In this document: piece after piece, positions 37,834 through 47,698 of the stretch
Position numbering within the stretch: position 1 is the first letter of the stretch
Layout: each line of letters begins with the position of its first letter
Virus record (IMG/VR): IMGVR_UViG_3300028844_006119
Coordinates: 64,001-128,000 of that record
Strand: one strand, 5' to 3'
Length of the DNA: 64,000 nucleotides
Origin: a virus
Made by a program: the position numbers and the translations under genes
Notes under the pieces: generated by a model
The model's database searches: none
Told to the model about the DNA's origin: nothing
The model's input: the letters and a program-made list of their open reading frames with translations, nothing else

Positions 37834-38211
37834 TTAGATGGCCCCGACGACCTCGCGGGCGCCGGGAGCCTTGTTCTCGGCATCTTTGACCTCCGCGAGG
37901 AGACGGCGGATCTCCTTCTTGGTCTTGTCGTTGATGCGGCCGGCCTTGAGCTCGCGCTCGACACTTGCCGCGATCAACTGGGACGAGACCCCCTCGTCAA
38001 CGAGCAGCTTGCGGGCTGTCATGGACAGCCCCAGTCCAGCGAAGGCACCCGCAAAGGGCGCCCACCAGTTGTTTGCGATCATCTCGACCCCGGCGTACTT
38101 GCCGACGGCGAAGGTCCCAGCGCCCGCGGCTCCGGCGTGAACGGCGTGCGTGCCGTTCTTGCCCAATCCGAGAGAACCTTCCATGAAGTTGTAGTAACCG
38201 TATGCACTCAT
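37834..38211 (-). CDS. Small membrane protein
   Basis: Two Gly/Ala-rich hydrophobic segments; preceded by GTCATAA and a hairpin. Confidence 0.65.
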   Translation of the reverse strand: MSAYGYYNFMEGSLGLGKNGTHAVHAGAAGAGTFAVGKYAGVEMIANNWWAPFAGAFAGLGLSMTARKLLVDEGVSSQLIAASVERELKAGRINDKTKKEIRRLLAEVKDAENKAPGAREVVGAI

Positions 38212-38224
38212 GATATCTCTCCAT

Positions 38225-38262
38225 GCAGAGGAGTTAGATCCCCTCTGCTCAATGTTTATGAC
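38225..38262 (-). promoter_or_regulatory. GTCATAA motif plus 7-bp hairpin
   Basis: TTATGAC at 38256-38262; GCAGAGG/CCTCTGC. Confidence 0.55.
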
Positions 38263-38284
38263 CCATTTTTTGGGCCTTTTTAGA

Positions 38285-38749
38285 CTAAGCCAGGTACCGC
38301 TTGTACTTGACTCTTAGCTTCTGGATCAGAGCCTCGTGCTCCTGCACGAGCGCCTCTTGAACCCCCATCCAGGGAGCGACTACGTCGCGCAGCCTGGTGA
38401 CTCGTTCATTGACCGACGCCACAGATAGGGGAGCATTCTCCCCGACGTTCCCCGCCCGGTAGGTCTCGACCAAGCCGTCGACCCGTCCCTCTAGCGCCGC
38501 AACCTGCTTGCGGAGCTTCGTGTTCTCGCCCTTGAGGGCGGCGACCTGCTTCGCCGTGGGAGGCGTGAGGTTCTTGATCGCCTCCTTCTCTTCTTCGAGA
38601 GCCTGCGAGAAGCTCTCACCCGCCTCCTCCATCCTCTTGTCAAGCCGAGCCATGAGCTCGGCCTCAAGGGCCGGCAGGCCCTTCTTCAATTCTGCAGTCA
38701 GAATTGACAGGGACTCTCGCCCCTCCCTGGTGATCGCTTGCACGGCCAT
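38285..38749 (-). CDS. Coiled-coil protein
   Basis: AAGGAG RBS; heptad pattern; GGCATAA motif at 38787-38793. Confidence 0.7.
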   Translation of the reverse strand: MAVQAITREGRESLSILTAELKKGLPALEAELMARLDKRMEEAGESFSQALEEEKEAIKNLTPPTAKQVAALKGENTKLRKQVAALEGRVDGLVETYRAGNVGENAPLSVASVNERVTRLRDVVAPWMGVQEALVQEHEALIQKLRVKYKRYLA

Positions 38750-38786
38750 GTGTTCTCCTTCGCTAAGGTAGTCCTCAACGAAAGTC

Positions 38787-39494
38787 TTATGCCGTGTTTT
38801 CTCCCCTTTTTAAGATCTTACGGAATAGGGCATCTGAGGTCGTAGAGGTCCCTACGTGCTGCCCCTCCAACTCCGGGGCGACGGCCCCCGCAAGCTCTCC
38901 GTAGATAAACGCGCTGATCCGCAACTTTCTTCGGGAGGATGCCAATATTTTGTGGAGCCCCTGCAGCTCCAGGGAAGCCGCATACTCTGGCCGAGTAACG
39001 ACAAACCCCATCATCATGGTGCAGAGCCGCAAGAATGTTCTCCAGGGGTGGATATCGGAGGTCTGCCCTGCCATCACTACGAAGTCATCCTCGGAGAGCC
39101 TGTCGAAGATCTCTACCCACGGAGCGATCTCCGTCGTCTCCCAGGCTCCTCTCTTCGTGTGGGCCACCGCAAACGTATACAGCTCTGAAGAGTAGGAGGG
39201 GCTCAGCCCCAGTGCCGCATCCTTCGCGTCTAAGATTCTAAGGACGACCTCCATGTGCGACTCCAGCCGGCGCACCTTAGAGCGCAGGCGAATCAGCTCC
39301 TGCCTGGAGACGACAGGGGACGCGGAGTCCATGTCTTCTTTCAGGTCCTGGACCTCCTCCGGGCGAAGGTATACGCTCCGGCCCTTCTTCTCCTTGGACA
39401 GCAAGCCTTTTTTGATATAGTTTCTGACGGTCCTGTCGGTTACTGAGAGGAACCTAGCTGCGTCCTGTAGCGTCATCATGTTATCGTGACTCAT
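38787..39494 (-). CDS. MerR/excisionase-type HTH DNA-binding protein
   Basis: MTLQDAARFLSVTDRTVRNYIKKGLL...VYLRPEEV, then a coiled coil. Confidence 0.8.
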   Translation of the reverse strand: MSHDNMMTLQDAARFLSVTDRTVRNYIKKGLLSKEKKGRSVYLRPEEVQDLKEDMDSASPVVSRQELIRLRSKVRRLESHMEVVLRILDAKDAALGLSPSYSSELYTFAVAHTKRGAWETTEIAPWVEIFDRLSEDDFVVMAGQTSDIHPWRTFLRLCTMMMGFVVTRPEYAASLELQGLHKILASSRRKLRISAFIYGELAGAVAPELEGQHVGTSTTSDALFRKILKRGENTA

Positions 39495-39512
39495 CCCTAC
39501 TCCGGGCGGTTC

Positions 39513-40394
39513 ATGTTTGGTTTAAGCATCACTAAAGACGATCTGAGAGAGCTGGCCTCCTGTGCCGCTACAGATTTTCTTGAGACTAAGACCCCGCTCA
39601 CCGAAGCGGTAGTCAAGGTCGCAAGTGGCTGCGAGAGGGATCTTACCTCAGAACACGTTCGCCGCATCTGTGAGATGACCTATCACGACGCGTATGAGAG
39701 ACTGCACAAGTCTGCCTCGGCTGCCGACAGGTACATTACTTTCGACCCGCCGGACGCGCCTACAGCAATTGGCATGCTTCGGGCTAAGAAGGTAGAATCC
39801 ATGCACAAGGCGGCCAGCTTTGCAGGAGCCGGAACCATGATCGATAAGACCGCAAGCGCCCCACACCGGACCAAGTTTCAGGCTGCGAATGCCTTTGACG
39901 CTCTGATGAAGACCGCCTCTGTCGAGGAAGAGGGTGTCGACCATCGATACTTGCACCGTATCCGTCAGGATCTCAAGGAGGCAGTGGCCTCGGTAAGCTC
40001 TGAGCACGCTGGCGTTGTGGTTGCGGCCGACCTGGAGATGGGCTCCCTGATCAAGGAGGCGTACTCCTCCTACCGAGATGGGTACTCCGTGGAGGAGATC
40101 CTGCACGCGTGCTTCTCCGGGGCGGACCTGTCCGAGATCCCTAGATCTGCCTCCGTCAAGGTGGCCTCCATCCTCTCTGCTGAGCTGGCAAGAAAGGCCG
40201 TGAAGACCGCAGGTCTCGGAATCAACAAGACTGCCTCTCTCGGGGAAGTCGATCCTACACACCCGCTGCCCTCCCGCTTTACGAAGGCGGCGCAGCTAGA
40301 GACTGAGCGGGCACATCTGGAGCTTACTCTGTCGGACCTCAAGCGGGACCGGGACGGTTTCCGTAAAAAGGTCGAGTCTCTGTATGACCGATAG
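39513..40394 (+). CDS. Head core/scaffold-like protein with about 10 K-x-A sites
   Basis: VKVAS, HKSAS, HKAAS, DKTAS, MKTAS, IKEAY, VKVAS, VKTAG, NKTAS, TKAAQ. Confidence 0.7.
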   Translation: MFGLSITKDDLRELASCAATDFLETKTPLTEAVVKVASGCERDLTSEHVRRICEMTYHDAYERLHKSASAADRYITFDPPDAPTAIGMLRAKKVESMHKAASFAGAGTMIDKTASAPHRTKFQAANAFDALMKTASVEEEGVDHRYLHRIRQDLKEAVASVSSEHAGVVVAADLEMGSLIKEAYSSYRDGYSVEEILHACFSGADLSEIPRSASVKVASILSAELARKAVKTAGLGINKTASLGEVDPTHPLPSRFTKAAQLETERAHLELTLSDLKRDRDGFRKKVESLYDR

Positions 40395-40677
40395 CCTGCT
40401 AACTCCCCAAGTCATGACGGCGTTCTCCGACGAGATCGAGAAGCTCGCCTTCTCCGTAATTGGCCGGGCGGCTAAGGGAGCTGCGGACATGGGGTTTAAG
40501 GGCGTCGGTTCCGTGGCTAAGGCAGCGGTAAACAACCCCAAAGCGGCTCTCATGGGAACCGCAGCACTCGGCGCAACCGGCCTCGGGGGAGCCCACGTAC
40601 TTAAGAAGTCCAGGCAGGGCTTTGAGGCCCAGAGTATGGGCTCTCTTCCTGGCCGGCATGGTACTTTAACCACATAG
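40384..40677 (+). CDS. Leader-bearing (AFSDEIEKLA) cationic glycine-zipper peptide
   Basis: Leader followed by FSVIGRAAKG...TAALGATGLGGAHVLKK. Confidence 0.7.
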   Translation: MTDSLLTPQVMTAFSDEIEKLAFSVIGRAAKGAADMGFKGVGSVAKAAVNNPKAALMGTAALGATGLGGAHVLKKSRQGFEAQSMGSLPGRHGTLTT

Positions 40678-40687
40678 GAGTCTAATC

Positions 40688-41209
40688 ATGGAAATTCCCG
40701 CAGAAGCATACGAGCTTTACGCTCGAGGCGAGATCACTGACCGGGAGATGCACGAGCTTGAGAAGTTCGCAGAGGCTCTCGAGAAGACCGCCTTCGATTA
40801 TGGGAAGGCGGGGCTGATGATGGGCGGAATGGCGCTGGCTGCTCCGGCGCTGGCGTATGCCGCAAACCAGGTCCCTAAGACCTTGCAGGGTATGGCGAAC
40901 TCCATGCGCTTCGAGTCCGGCCTAAACAAGGCTCTCGAGATCAACCCGCAGCTCGGTAGTGCTAAGGACCCGAACTTGCGCATGGCGTACAAGACGCTCC
41001 AGACGACCAACCCGGACTACGCCAAGGATCCTCTGATCGCCGGTACCATTCTGGACATGGTCATGTCGAACCGCATGGACCCTGATGATCCCGGCAGCGC
41101 ACCTCGTTTCGACCCGACACTTCTCAATGAGATTCAGAAGAGCGCTCCCAGATCGCCTGACATGACCCAAACCATGGGAAGCGCGGCAATGACCGCCGCC
41201 AAGGGATAG
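40688..41209 (+). CDS. Putative internal virion protein with acidic propeptide ending in EKTA
   Basis: ELEKFAEALEKTA followed by hydrophobic GLMMGGMALAAPALAYA. Confidence 0.65.
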   Translation: MEIPAEAYELYARGEITDREMHELEKFAEALEKTAFDYGKAGLMMGGMALAAPALAYAANQVPKTLQGMANSMRFESGLNKALEINPQLGSAKDPNLRMAYKTLQTTNPDYAKDPLIAGTILDMVMSNRMDPDDPGSAPRFDPTLLNEIQKSAPRSPDMTQTMGSAAMTAAKG

Positions 41210-41218
41210 AGGTCTGAT

Positions 41219-43192
41219 TTGGACAAGTACGCGCTATACCCCGGAAAGGCTGCTGACGGCCGGCCCAGAGTTCACCTGGTTGAGCCGGGTACTGGGTATG
41301 GTATGGCCAGTACTGACGGAGTCACCAAGACCGCGTCGGGAGAGCACCTTCCGGAAGTCATGGAGCTTATTGAGTCGATCGAGGCGCAGCCCGGAAGGCT
41401 GTACTTGGTCAACTCAGCTCTGGGTGCTGGGGAGAACGTTGGGTTCAATCTTCGAGGTGACTGGTTCACTGAGAAGGGCCTGAATCACACTCCTCCCGGA
41501 TTCGAGCAGATCCCGGTGTGGGATATCGAAGCGCGGAGAAAAGCCGCAAACATCACAGAGGCTGTGCCTCGGTGGGGGTCTTTGGCGTGGGGCTACCCTA
41601 CGTTCTACAACGCGCATAGATTCCGGCACCACGTCAACAAGGACCCAAACAAAGCCTACGGATTCATTCTGGGGGCTTTTTGGGATGACCGTATGAAGCG
41701 GGTCATCCTGGTGTCTGAGCTGATTAAGACCATGTGCGCCAAGATGGGGGCTCTTGATCTGTACAACCGGATCCAGGGTGGGGACTTTCCAGACTCCAGC
41801 ATGGGCAGCAAGGTCCCGTACGACCGATGCGCTATTTGTAACCACCATGCCCGCACACCAATGCAGTATTGTGAGCATGTCCGTAAGGGAGCTTCTCCTC
41901 CCTATGGAATGAAGTCCATGCTCCCGGACGGGCGTATCTGCGGTGTTTACAACGACTACCCGAGATTCTTCGACGATTCATTTGTGTTTGTCGGGGCCGA
42001 GCGATCTGCGAAGGTGATGTCGGATGTCACGAATCAGGTCTCGGGGAGAAACGCGTACTCCCAGAAGATCTACCCGTTCTCGCGCCCCATCCAGAAGATT
42101 GCTTCTGCAGCCGGGGTAGCGGATGTAACTCCTATCTCTGATGCTCCGTCTCCGCAGACGCAGAAGCCGAACATCCCGGACTTTGTTTTAGAGGAAAAAC
42201 TTACTCGGGCTGTCCAGCTGATTCCCGTAAGCACCTCTGCTGAGCGAGAGACGCTTAGATTCTTCATGCAAGAGCGCCTAGCGGAGGAAAGAGTCCGTGC
42301 GGGGACAATGTCCTCCACTGAGATGCAGATGTGGAAGGACCTCTCGCGGAACGTATTACTGAGGCAGTACGGGGTCTCCCCAGAGCAGATGGTCCACCTA
42401 AAGGTACTGTTCAACACCCGAGCAAATCAGGTACTTGGGATTACTAAGGTTGCGGAGATGCCCAAGTGGGCAGAGATTCTGAAGAGAATCCCCGCCCCCT
42501 CTCCGGAGCACATGAGCATCGTGCGTAGAGAGGAGAAGTGCCTCCCCGAGATTCCTAGAGAAATCCTGGACGAAATCGCAGATGCTCCTGGGCCAAATCT
42601 CCGTGCTGCAGCACGGATGGGCATCGTGGCCCGTCCCAATGAGTTCCAGTACATCATGCTGCGGCAAAGAGACCCGGACTTAGCGAGTAGACTCCACACG
42701 AATAGAGTGGTATTTCGCCCTACTTCCCTTCGTAGGGAGACATCAGCGTTCAATACGGGCTATGTCCCTCGCGACACTATGCACTCCATCATCCATAAGT
42801 TGGCACCTCTTATAGCCTCACGCTCCTTTGCGCCTTCGGCTATTAGAGCGCGGATCATTAAGATCACGCCCATGCCTAAGATCGCAGAGTTCTCAGAGAC
42901 CGAGAACTTGGATGAGGTCTCAGAGCTATACAATCAGTATCGCCTGGGGCTTATGCTATCTCCTACAGACCTCACGGCAGTGACCGTGCCCTCTGTTTTC
43001 TCCGATAGAATCGATGACGATGTGAAAATTGCCGGTGATTCTGTTAGTCTTTCTGCCCTAATGACGAGCCTTGCCTATTGGCCCGGTTTACAGTTAGGAT
43101 TAAACTCGGCTGAGGGGTCCTCCTCCGAAGACGCCACCCACTCTCAACCCCATATTGGAGAAATCCATCATGTCACTCCTTACGGAGCTTGA
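41219..43192 (+). CDS. Prohead (capsid maturation) protease
   Basis: NLRGDWF, FRHH, DSSMG followed by CAIC..YCEH, FFDDSFVFVGAE; lies upstream of the scaffold and capsid genes; carries its own KTAS/KIAS sites. Confidence 0.7.
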   Translation: MDKYALYPGKAADGRPRVHLVEPGTGYGMASTDGVTKTASGEHLPEVMELIESIEAQPGRLYLVNSALGAGENVGFNLRGDWFTEKGLNHTPPGFEQIPVWDIEARRKAANITEAVPRWGSLAWGYPTFYNAHRFRHHVNKDPNKAYGFILGAFWDDRMKRVILVSELIKTMCAKMGALDLYNRIQGGDFPDSSMGSKVPYDRCAICNHHARTPMQYCEHVRKGASPPYGMKSMLPDGRICGVYNDYPRFFDDSFVFVGAERSAKVMSDVTNQVSGRNAYSQKIYPFSRPIQKIASAAGVADVTPISDAPSPQTQKPNIPDFVLEEKLTRAVQLIPVSTSAERETLRFFMQERLAEERVRAGTMSSTEMQMWKDLSRNVLLRQYGVSPEQMVHLKVLFNTRANQVLGITKVAEMPKWAEILKRIPAPSPEHMSIVRREEKCLPEIPREILDEIADAPGPNLRAAARMGIVARPNEFQYIMLRQRDPDLASRLHTNRVVFRPTSLRRETSAFNTGYVPRDTMHSIIHKLAPLIASRSFAPSAIRARIIKITPMPKIAEFSETENLDEVSELYNQYRLGLMLSPTDLTAVTVPSVFSDRIDDDVKIAGDSVSLSALMTSLAYWPGLQLGLNSAEGSSSEDATHSQPHIGEIHHVTPYGA

Positions 43193-44123
43193 ATCACGGG
43201 GCGTCACAGCTGAGGATCTTGAGAAAGCGGCATCTGTCCGTTTATTTGAGAAGGCTGCTGCCGCCGAAGACGTGGATCTCGGCTCACTTGATGAAAATCA
43301 GGTAGAAGACCTCTACGTCACATTCCTTTCCAACCAGTCCAATGATGACTACACAAAAGAGGCTTCCGCCATGAACGACGAAATCGTTGACCTTTTCGAA
43401 AAGACCGCTGCAGCCGAGGGCATTGACCTCGACGACATGGCGGACCACGAGCTTGCTGAGCTCTACAACCACTACGTTGAGAACGTTCTGCCCGAGCAGG
43501 TCGAAGAGTACGAGAAGGGTGCTTCGTACGAGGTCGACGAGGCCACCGAGAAGCTCGCTGAGGCCGAGATTCTCGGTCGCCACATGGCGCGTGCCTACAT
43601 GGATGAGTTCGACAAGGAGGCTGCGAGCGCAGCAGCGGCCGGTGCCAGACTGGACGCTGCTGCGGCCGAGGCCGGACGATGGGGCCAGTCGGGCAAGGTC
43701 GAGGCGCAGAACGCCGCGAACCGTGCCAAGGAATCGATTGGACGAGGCTACGAGTCTGCCAAGGCGAAGGGCAAGGCTGGCTATGAAGCTGGTGTCCGTG
43801 GTGCTAAGGCCACTGGTGCCGCAGTTGCTTCCGGTGCTCGGTCCTACGGCAATGCTATGACTGGTAAGCAGTTGCGAGAGGCTGTCTCCACCATGCGTAA
43901 GCAGAAGGGTGGATATCGATCTTCCGCAATGGGCCGCGGTAAGGCCCTTCGTGGCGGTGCCAAGACGCTAGCCGCATGGGGCGCAACCGGTGCAGCTGGC
44001 TACGGCGCCAAGAAGGGCTACGACAGGATGACCAAGAAGTCCTCGATTGACGAGATCATTGAGGACCGCGCCAACGAGCTTCTCGGAGAGTTCCTCTTCG
44101 AGAGCGGTGTCGAGCTGGACTGA
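43170..44123 (+). CDS. Acidic scaffold-like protein with internal repeat and an embedded cationic cassette
   Basis: LFEKAAAAEDVDL / LFEKTAAAEGIDL repeat; basic Gly/Ala segment between KEA and KKS. Confidence 0.7.
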   Translation: MSLLTELESRGVTAEDLEKAASVRLFEKAAAAEDVDLGSLDENQVEDLYVTFLSNQSNDDYTKEASAMNDEIVDLFEKTAAAEGIDLDDMADHELAELYNHYVENVLPEQVEEYEKGASYEVDEATEKLAEAEILGRHMARAYMDEFDKEAASAAAAGARLDAAAAEAGRWGQSGKVEAQNAANRAKESIGRGYESAKAKGKAGYEAGVRGAKATGAAVASGARSYGNAMTGKQLREAVSTMRKQKGGYRSSAMGRGKALRGGAKTLAAWGATGAAGYGAKKGYDRMTKKSSIDEIIEDRANELLGEFLFESGVELD

Positions 44124-44125
44124 GA

Positions 44126-44413
44126 GTGGAAATGCCTGCCAACACAGACATCATGAGATTCTTCTCAGACGAGATCTGTAAGTTGGCAGGCATGCCCGCA
44201 CTCAAGGTTCCGGGCATGGGCAGTAAGGGACAACTATCTTCATTGATGGCCCGACCTGCCCATGCCCAGGCCGGTAACTTCGCAAAAGCACAAAAAGCAC
44301 TGAAAACACCCACCACAGGAAGCGCCCCGAAAGGGATTAATCATGCTTCGTTAAAGGCGGTGGGCTCCACGGGATCTGTATCTTTACCGCCACCTCCCGT
44401 GAAAACCGTCTAA
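44126..44413 (+). CDS. Leader-bearing (FFSDEICKLA) basic peptide
   Basis: Shared leader; Lys/Pro-rich cargo without acidic residues. Confidence 0.65.
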   Translation: MEMPANTDIMRFFSDEICKLAGMPALKVPGMGSKGQLSSLMARPAHAQAGNFAKAQKALKTPTTGSAPKGINHASLKAVGSTGSVSLPPPPVKTV

Positions 44414-44437
44414 ACTTCCCACTTTTAGGGTGACCCA

Positions 44438-45178
44438 ATGAGCAACTACCGAAGCATGATTGATGACGCACTCCAGAGTGCAAGAGCCCGTATCGATGGC
44501 GGCAGCGCAGATCTGATGAAGACCGCTTCTGCCCCCGAGAACAGCATGGTCAAGGAGGCGTCCGAACTCGCAGACGCCCTTGAGTATGTTGCCCACGCCT
44601 CTACGAACACTGGCTCCGCCGCTGACGCTGTTCGTGGCGAAATGGTTCGTTCCTTCTTTAAGAGCGCGGCAGGCGCTCCTGCCCAGAGCAGCACATCTGT
44701 TCAGGGCACCCAGGCACACGCCCCCACTGGAAAGAAGATCCAGGCAAAGGGCCAGTCTGTCGGAGGCTCGGCTCCTCAGTCGGAGACCACTCCCGCCCCC
44801 GCAGATGGCCAGAAGCCGCTGCTCGAGTCCTTCAAGCAGGCAGAGGGTCAGTCTCTCTACGACATCCTGATGGCCAGTAAGACCGCAGGCAAGGGTGGCC
44901 CCTCCGAGAGCACGGCTACTGAGTCTGCTCAGGGCATTCCTTCTGGTAACGAGAACTCCAACCGTCAGGCGATTCTCGAGAGCAACGAGGCTCCGGTCAA
45001 CGCGACCCGCCGTCAGGCTAAGGCTCCCGTCCGTAAGCGCCTCGCGGAGGCGTTTGCCCACACGAACAGCACCACTGGCGACTCCACGCTGAATGCAATG
45101 TTCCCTCAGGCCGCAGGTAAGGGATCCCACAAGATCGCCTCCGTGAAAGATCGGCTGAGCGCAATGGCTGGTGAGTAA
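44438..45178 (+). CDS. Scaffold/core-like low-complexity protein
   Basis: MKTAS, VKEAS, FKSAA, SKTAG, HKIAS. Confidence 0.7.
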   Translation: MSNYRSMIDDALQSARARIDGGSADLMKTASAPENSMVKEASELADALEYVAHASTNTGSAADAVRGEMVRSFFKSAAGAPAQSSTSVQGTQAHAPTGKKIQAKGQSVGGSAPQSETTPAPADGQKPLLESFKQAEGQSLYDILMASKTAGKGGPSESTATESAQGIPSGNENSNRQAILESNEAPVNATRRQAKAPVRKRLAEAFAHTNSTTGDSTLNAMFPQAAGKGSHKIASVKDRLSAMAGE

Positions 45179-45485
45179 TATGTCCTCTATTAGAGACAGG
45201 CTTGAGAAGATCGCTGCTGCCAAGGACGATAAGGGTGACCTCGCCCTTTATGTCTCTAAGAAGCTCTCGGAGAAAAGAGCATCCGTTGCGGAGTACTCTG
45301 TGCTCTTCGATAAGGTTGCCTCCGGTGACCTAGGAGAGCACACCCGTCAGGCCCTACTCGGCATCTGCGACACGATCCCAGAACCCACTACTCTTTCGGA
45401 AAAGACAGCATCTGTGTATGATGTTATGGACTTTTCTGAGAATGACGCAAGAAGAGCTAGACTAGATCAGCTCCTAAAGCGTTAA
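45171..45485 (+). CDS. Small core-like protein
   Basis: EKIAA, EKRAS, DKVAS, EKTAS in 104 aa. Confidence 0.7.
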   Translation: MSNMSSIRDRLEKIAAAKDDKGDLALYVSKKLSEKRASVAEYSVLFDKVASGDLGEHTRQALLGICDTIPEPTTLSEKTASVYDVMDFSENDARRARLDQLLKR

Positions 45486-45509
45486 ACTTCCTTCCGCCGG
45501 AGAATTAAC

Positions 45510-45875
45510 ATGATGAAGATCGGGAATGCACAGCTTGCTGCTGTCTCCGCAAAGGGGGCGGCGACTATCCGTACTCTGGTGGAGAAAGTCGCTAGCTTGG
45601 AGACGGAGAACGTCTCCCTCCGAACAAAACTAGCTTCTATTGCGCGCGACTCTCAGATCTCTGAGCTTGCACGCGAGATGGAAGACAAGAGCCTTAATGT
45701 TGACATGACTTTCGAAGAAAAGGTTGCACACCTGCGGGGTCAGGCAAACCTAGAGAACGTCACTGAAGCAGTAAAGATGGCGAGCGCGGGCCATGTCCGA
45801 CTTGCCGATGTTTCCGACCATCCCGGGACGGGAGCGATCGACCCACTCACCTCTTTCTGCCTTTCCGGCGAATAA
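45510..45875 (+). CDS. Coiled-coil scaffold-like protein
   Basis: EKVAS, TKLAS, EKVAH, VKMAS. Confidence 0.7.
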   Translation: MMKIGNAQLAAVSAKGAATIRTLVEKVASLETENVSLRTKLASIARDSQISELAREMEDKSLNVDMTFEEKVAHLRGQANLENVTEAVKMASAGHVRLADVSDHPGTGAIDPLTSFCLSGE

Positions 45876-45893
45876 TCAACTAGGAGATACGTC

Positions 45894-46508
45894 ATGGCTG
45901 GCACTTTCGTCACGCTCGTTAATCCCGGGTATTCCTCTCTGTTTACCCGAGACCTTTCCACTGCTACGACGGCTAACGTCGAGGGCAGTACTTCCCTGAA
46001 TCTGTTTGATCCCGATTCGACCCATCCTCTTCAGGAGGGTGAGTGGCTCGGCATCAACAGTAGCTACAAGTTCTCTCGTCCTTCGGGCGGAGACGTCACG
46101 GGATCTTCCAACTCGACCGGAGTCCTGGAGATCGTCGAGGACGCGCAGAACACGGCCGCTACCGGCCTGTGCTACATGTACTTCCAGGAGCGCGGTCGTT
46201 ACGACGCCCAAGTCACCAAGAAGGCTCACTGCATCGTCGGACCGGGGAACTTCGAGTTCCGCACCAAGATGATCGTCTGCGCAGCCGGGGACGAAGGCGA
46301 AAAGGTCTTCGTGTATGTCTGCCAGGACTCCAGCAACCGTCTAGTCTCGGCTTTGGTCTCCGCTAGCGCGGCCATCGCTGCGACTACGGCTGTCGCTCCC
46401 GCCGTGGGTACCGCCGCCACCACTGACGGCTCTTGGTACGCTGGTGTTATTTCCCGTGTTCACGGGACCAACGACGCTACCGTGCTGTTCCAGCCCGGCT
46501 TCCTCTAA
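45894..46508 (+). CDS. Probable head decoration/cement protein
   Basis: Beta-rich 204-aa gene immediately upstream of the major capsid gene. Confidence 0.5.
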   Translation: MAGTFVTLVNPGYSSLFTRDLSTATTANVEGSTSLNLFDPDSTHPLQEGEWLGINSSYKFSRPSGGDVTGSSNSTGVLEIVEDAQNTAATGLCYMYFQERGRYDAQVTKKAHCIVGPGNFEFRTKMIVCAAGDEGEKVFVYVCQDSSNRLVSALVSASAAIAATTAVAPAVGTAATTDGSWYAGVISRVHGTNDATVLFQPGFL

Positions 46509-46531
46509 ACCCCCAGTCCTAGGAGAACATC

Positions 46532-47668
46532 ATGGATTATTCCGCTGAAATGGTGAATTCGGGCTTCATTGAGCGCCTCGAGACTGAGGGTTCCACGAAG
46601 ACCGCCGCCGCCTCTCTCAACTACATCAAGGATCGCCTGCGCGAGTCCAGCTTTGCCGACATGATCGTTCCGAACGAGCGTGTTGTGCGTGGCGACTTGC
46701 AGCGCAGCACCCAGCACGACACCCTCGTGAAGATCGTCGACATCGAGCCGGGTTCCCGCGCGATGGCCGTCAACTTCCGTGGTCAGCCTACCGCTGAGTA
46801 CGTGTCTGGTAAGCGCTACGCAATCGGCTTCTTCACCATCTCGAGCCTCAAGTTCGAAATCGTGGAGCAGGAGCTGATGGCATACGAGATGCCCGTCACC
46901 CGCATCATCGAGGAGAACAGCCTCAAGGACATGGTCGAGGTCAAGGATCGCGAGTTCCTGAACCACGTCGAGTCCTGCATCGATGCAATGCAGAGCGAGG
47001 GTGGTATCACCACCTTCAACACCTCGACTTGGACAGCTGGTTCCCAGTTCTCGAAGATCAAGGGCTCTCTGGCTCTGCAGCAGACCACCGACAACTTCAA
47101 CGTCCAGGCAATCCAGCGGACTGACATTGTGGAGCTCAAGAAGCTTCTCAAGCGTCAGGTGCTTGATAGCTCCGGTAACGTGGTTCGTCAGGGTCGTCTT
47201 CGTCCCGCGCTGATGCTCATGACTGAGTCCGACGCTGACGACTTCGATCAGTGGACTCACGAGGACTACGGTGATCGTCTCCAGAGCGAAACCGCTCTCG
47301 ACGGCTACACCTACAACAAGGTCCTCGGTCTGCGCATCGTCCGTACCATCAAGAACGACATCCTGCGTGAGGGCAACGTTTACGTGTTCACCGCACCGGA
47401 GTTCTTCGGCCGGAACTACACGCTGAACGATGTCAAGTTCTACATCGATAAGATTGCGAACCGCATCTTCTGGCAGGCATGGATGGACGTGGGCATGGGC
47501 TTCGGCAACATCGCCTCGGTCGTCAAGCTTGAGCTCTACTCCGGTAGTGTCAGTGGCACGCCGGATTCCGGCTTTGCTGCAGCGATGCCGACTGACGAAG
47601 AGAACCTGGGTGGCCAGAACAACAAGGCCGCTGATGGTCTGACCTACCCGAGCCTCAACATCTTCTAG
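46532..47668 (+). CDS. Major capsid protein (HK97-fold expected)
   Basis: 378 aa; follows the protease/scaffold genes; AGGAG RBS; strongly biased codons; followed by a terminator. Confidence 0.75.
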   Translation: MDYSAEMVNSGFIERLETEGSTKTAAASLNYIKDRLRESSFADMIVPNERVVRGDLQRSTQHDTLVKIVDIEPGSRAMAVNFRGQPTAEYVSGKRYAIGFFTISSLKFEIVEQELMAYEMPVTRIIEENSLKDMVEVKDREFLNHVESCIDAMQSEGGITTFNTSTWTAGSQFSKIKGSLALQQTTDNFNVQAIQRTDIVELKKLLKRQVLDSSGNVVRQGRLRPALMLMTESDADDFDQWTHEDYGDRLQSETALDGYTYNKVLGLRIVRTIKNDILREGNVYVFTAPEFFGRNYTLNDVKFYIDKIANRIFWQAWMDVGMGFGNIASVVKLELYSGSVSGTPDSGFAAAMPTDEENLGGQNNKAADGLTYPSLNIF

Positions 47669-47698
47669 TCTATCGCTAGAAAGAGTTGACTCTTTTCA

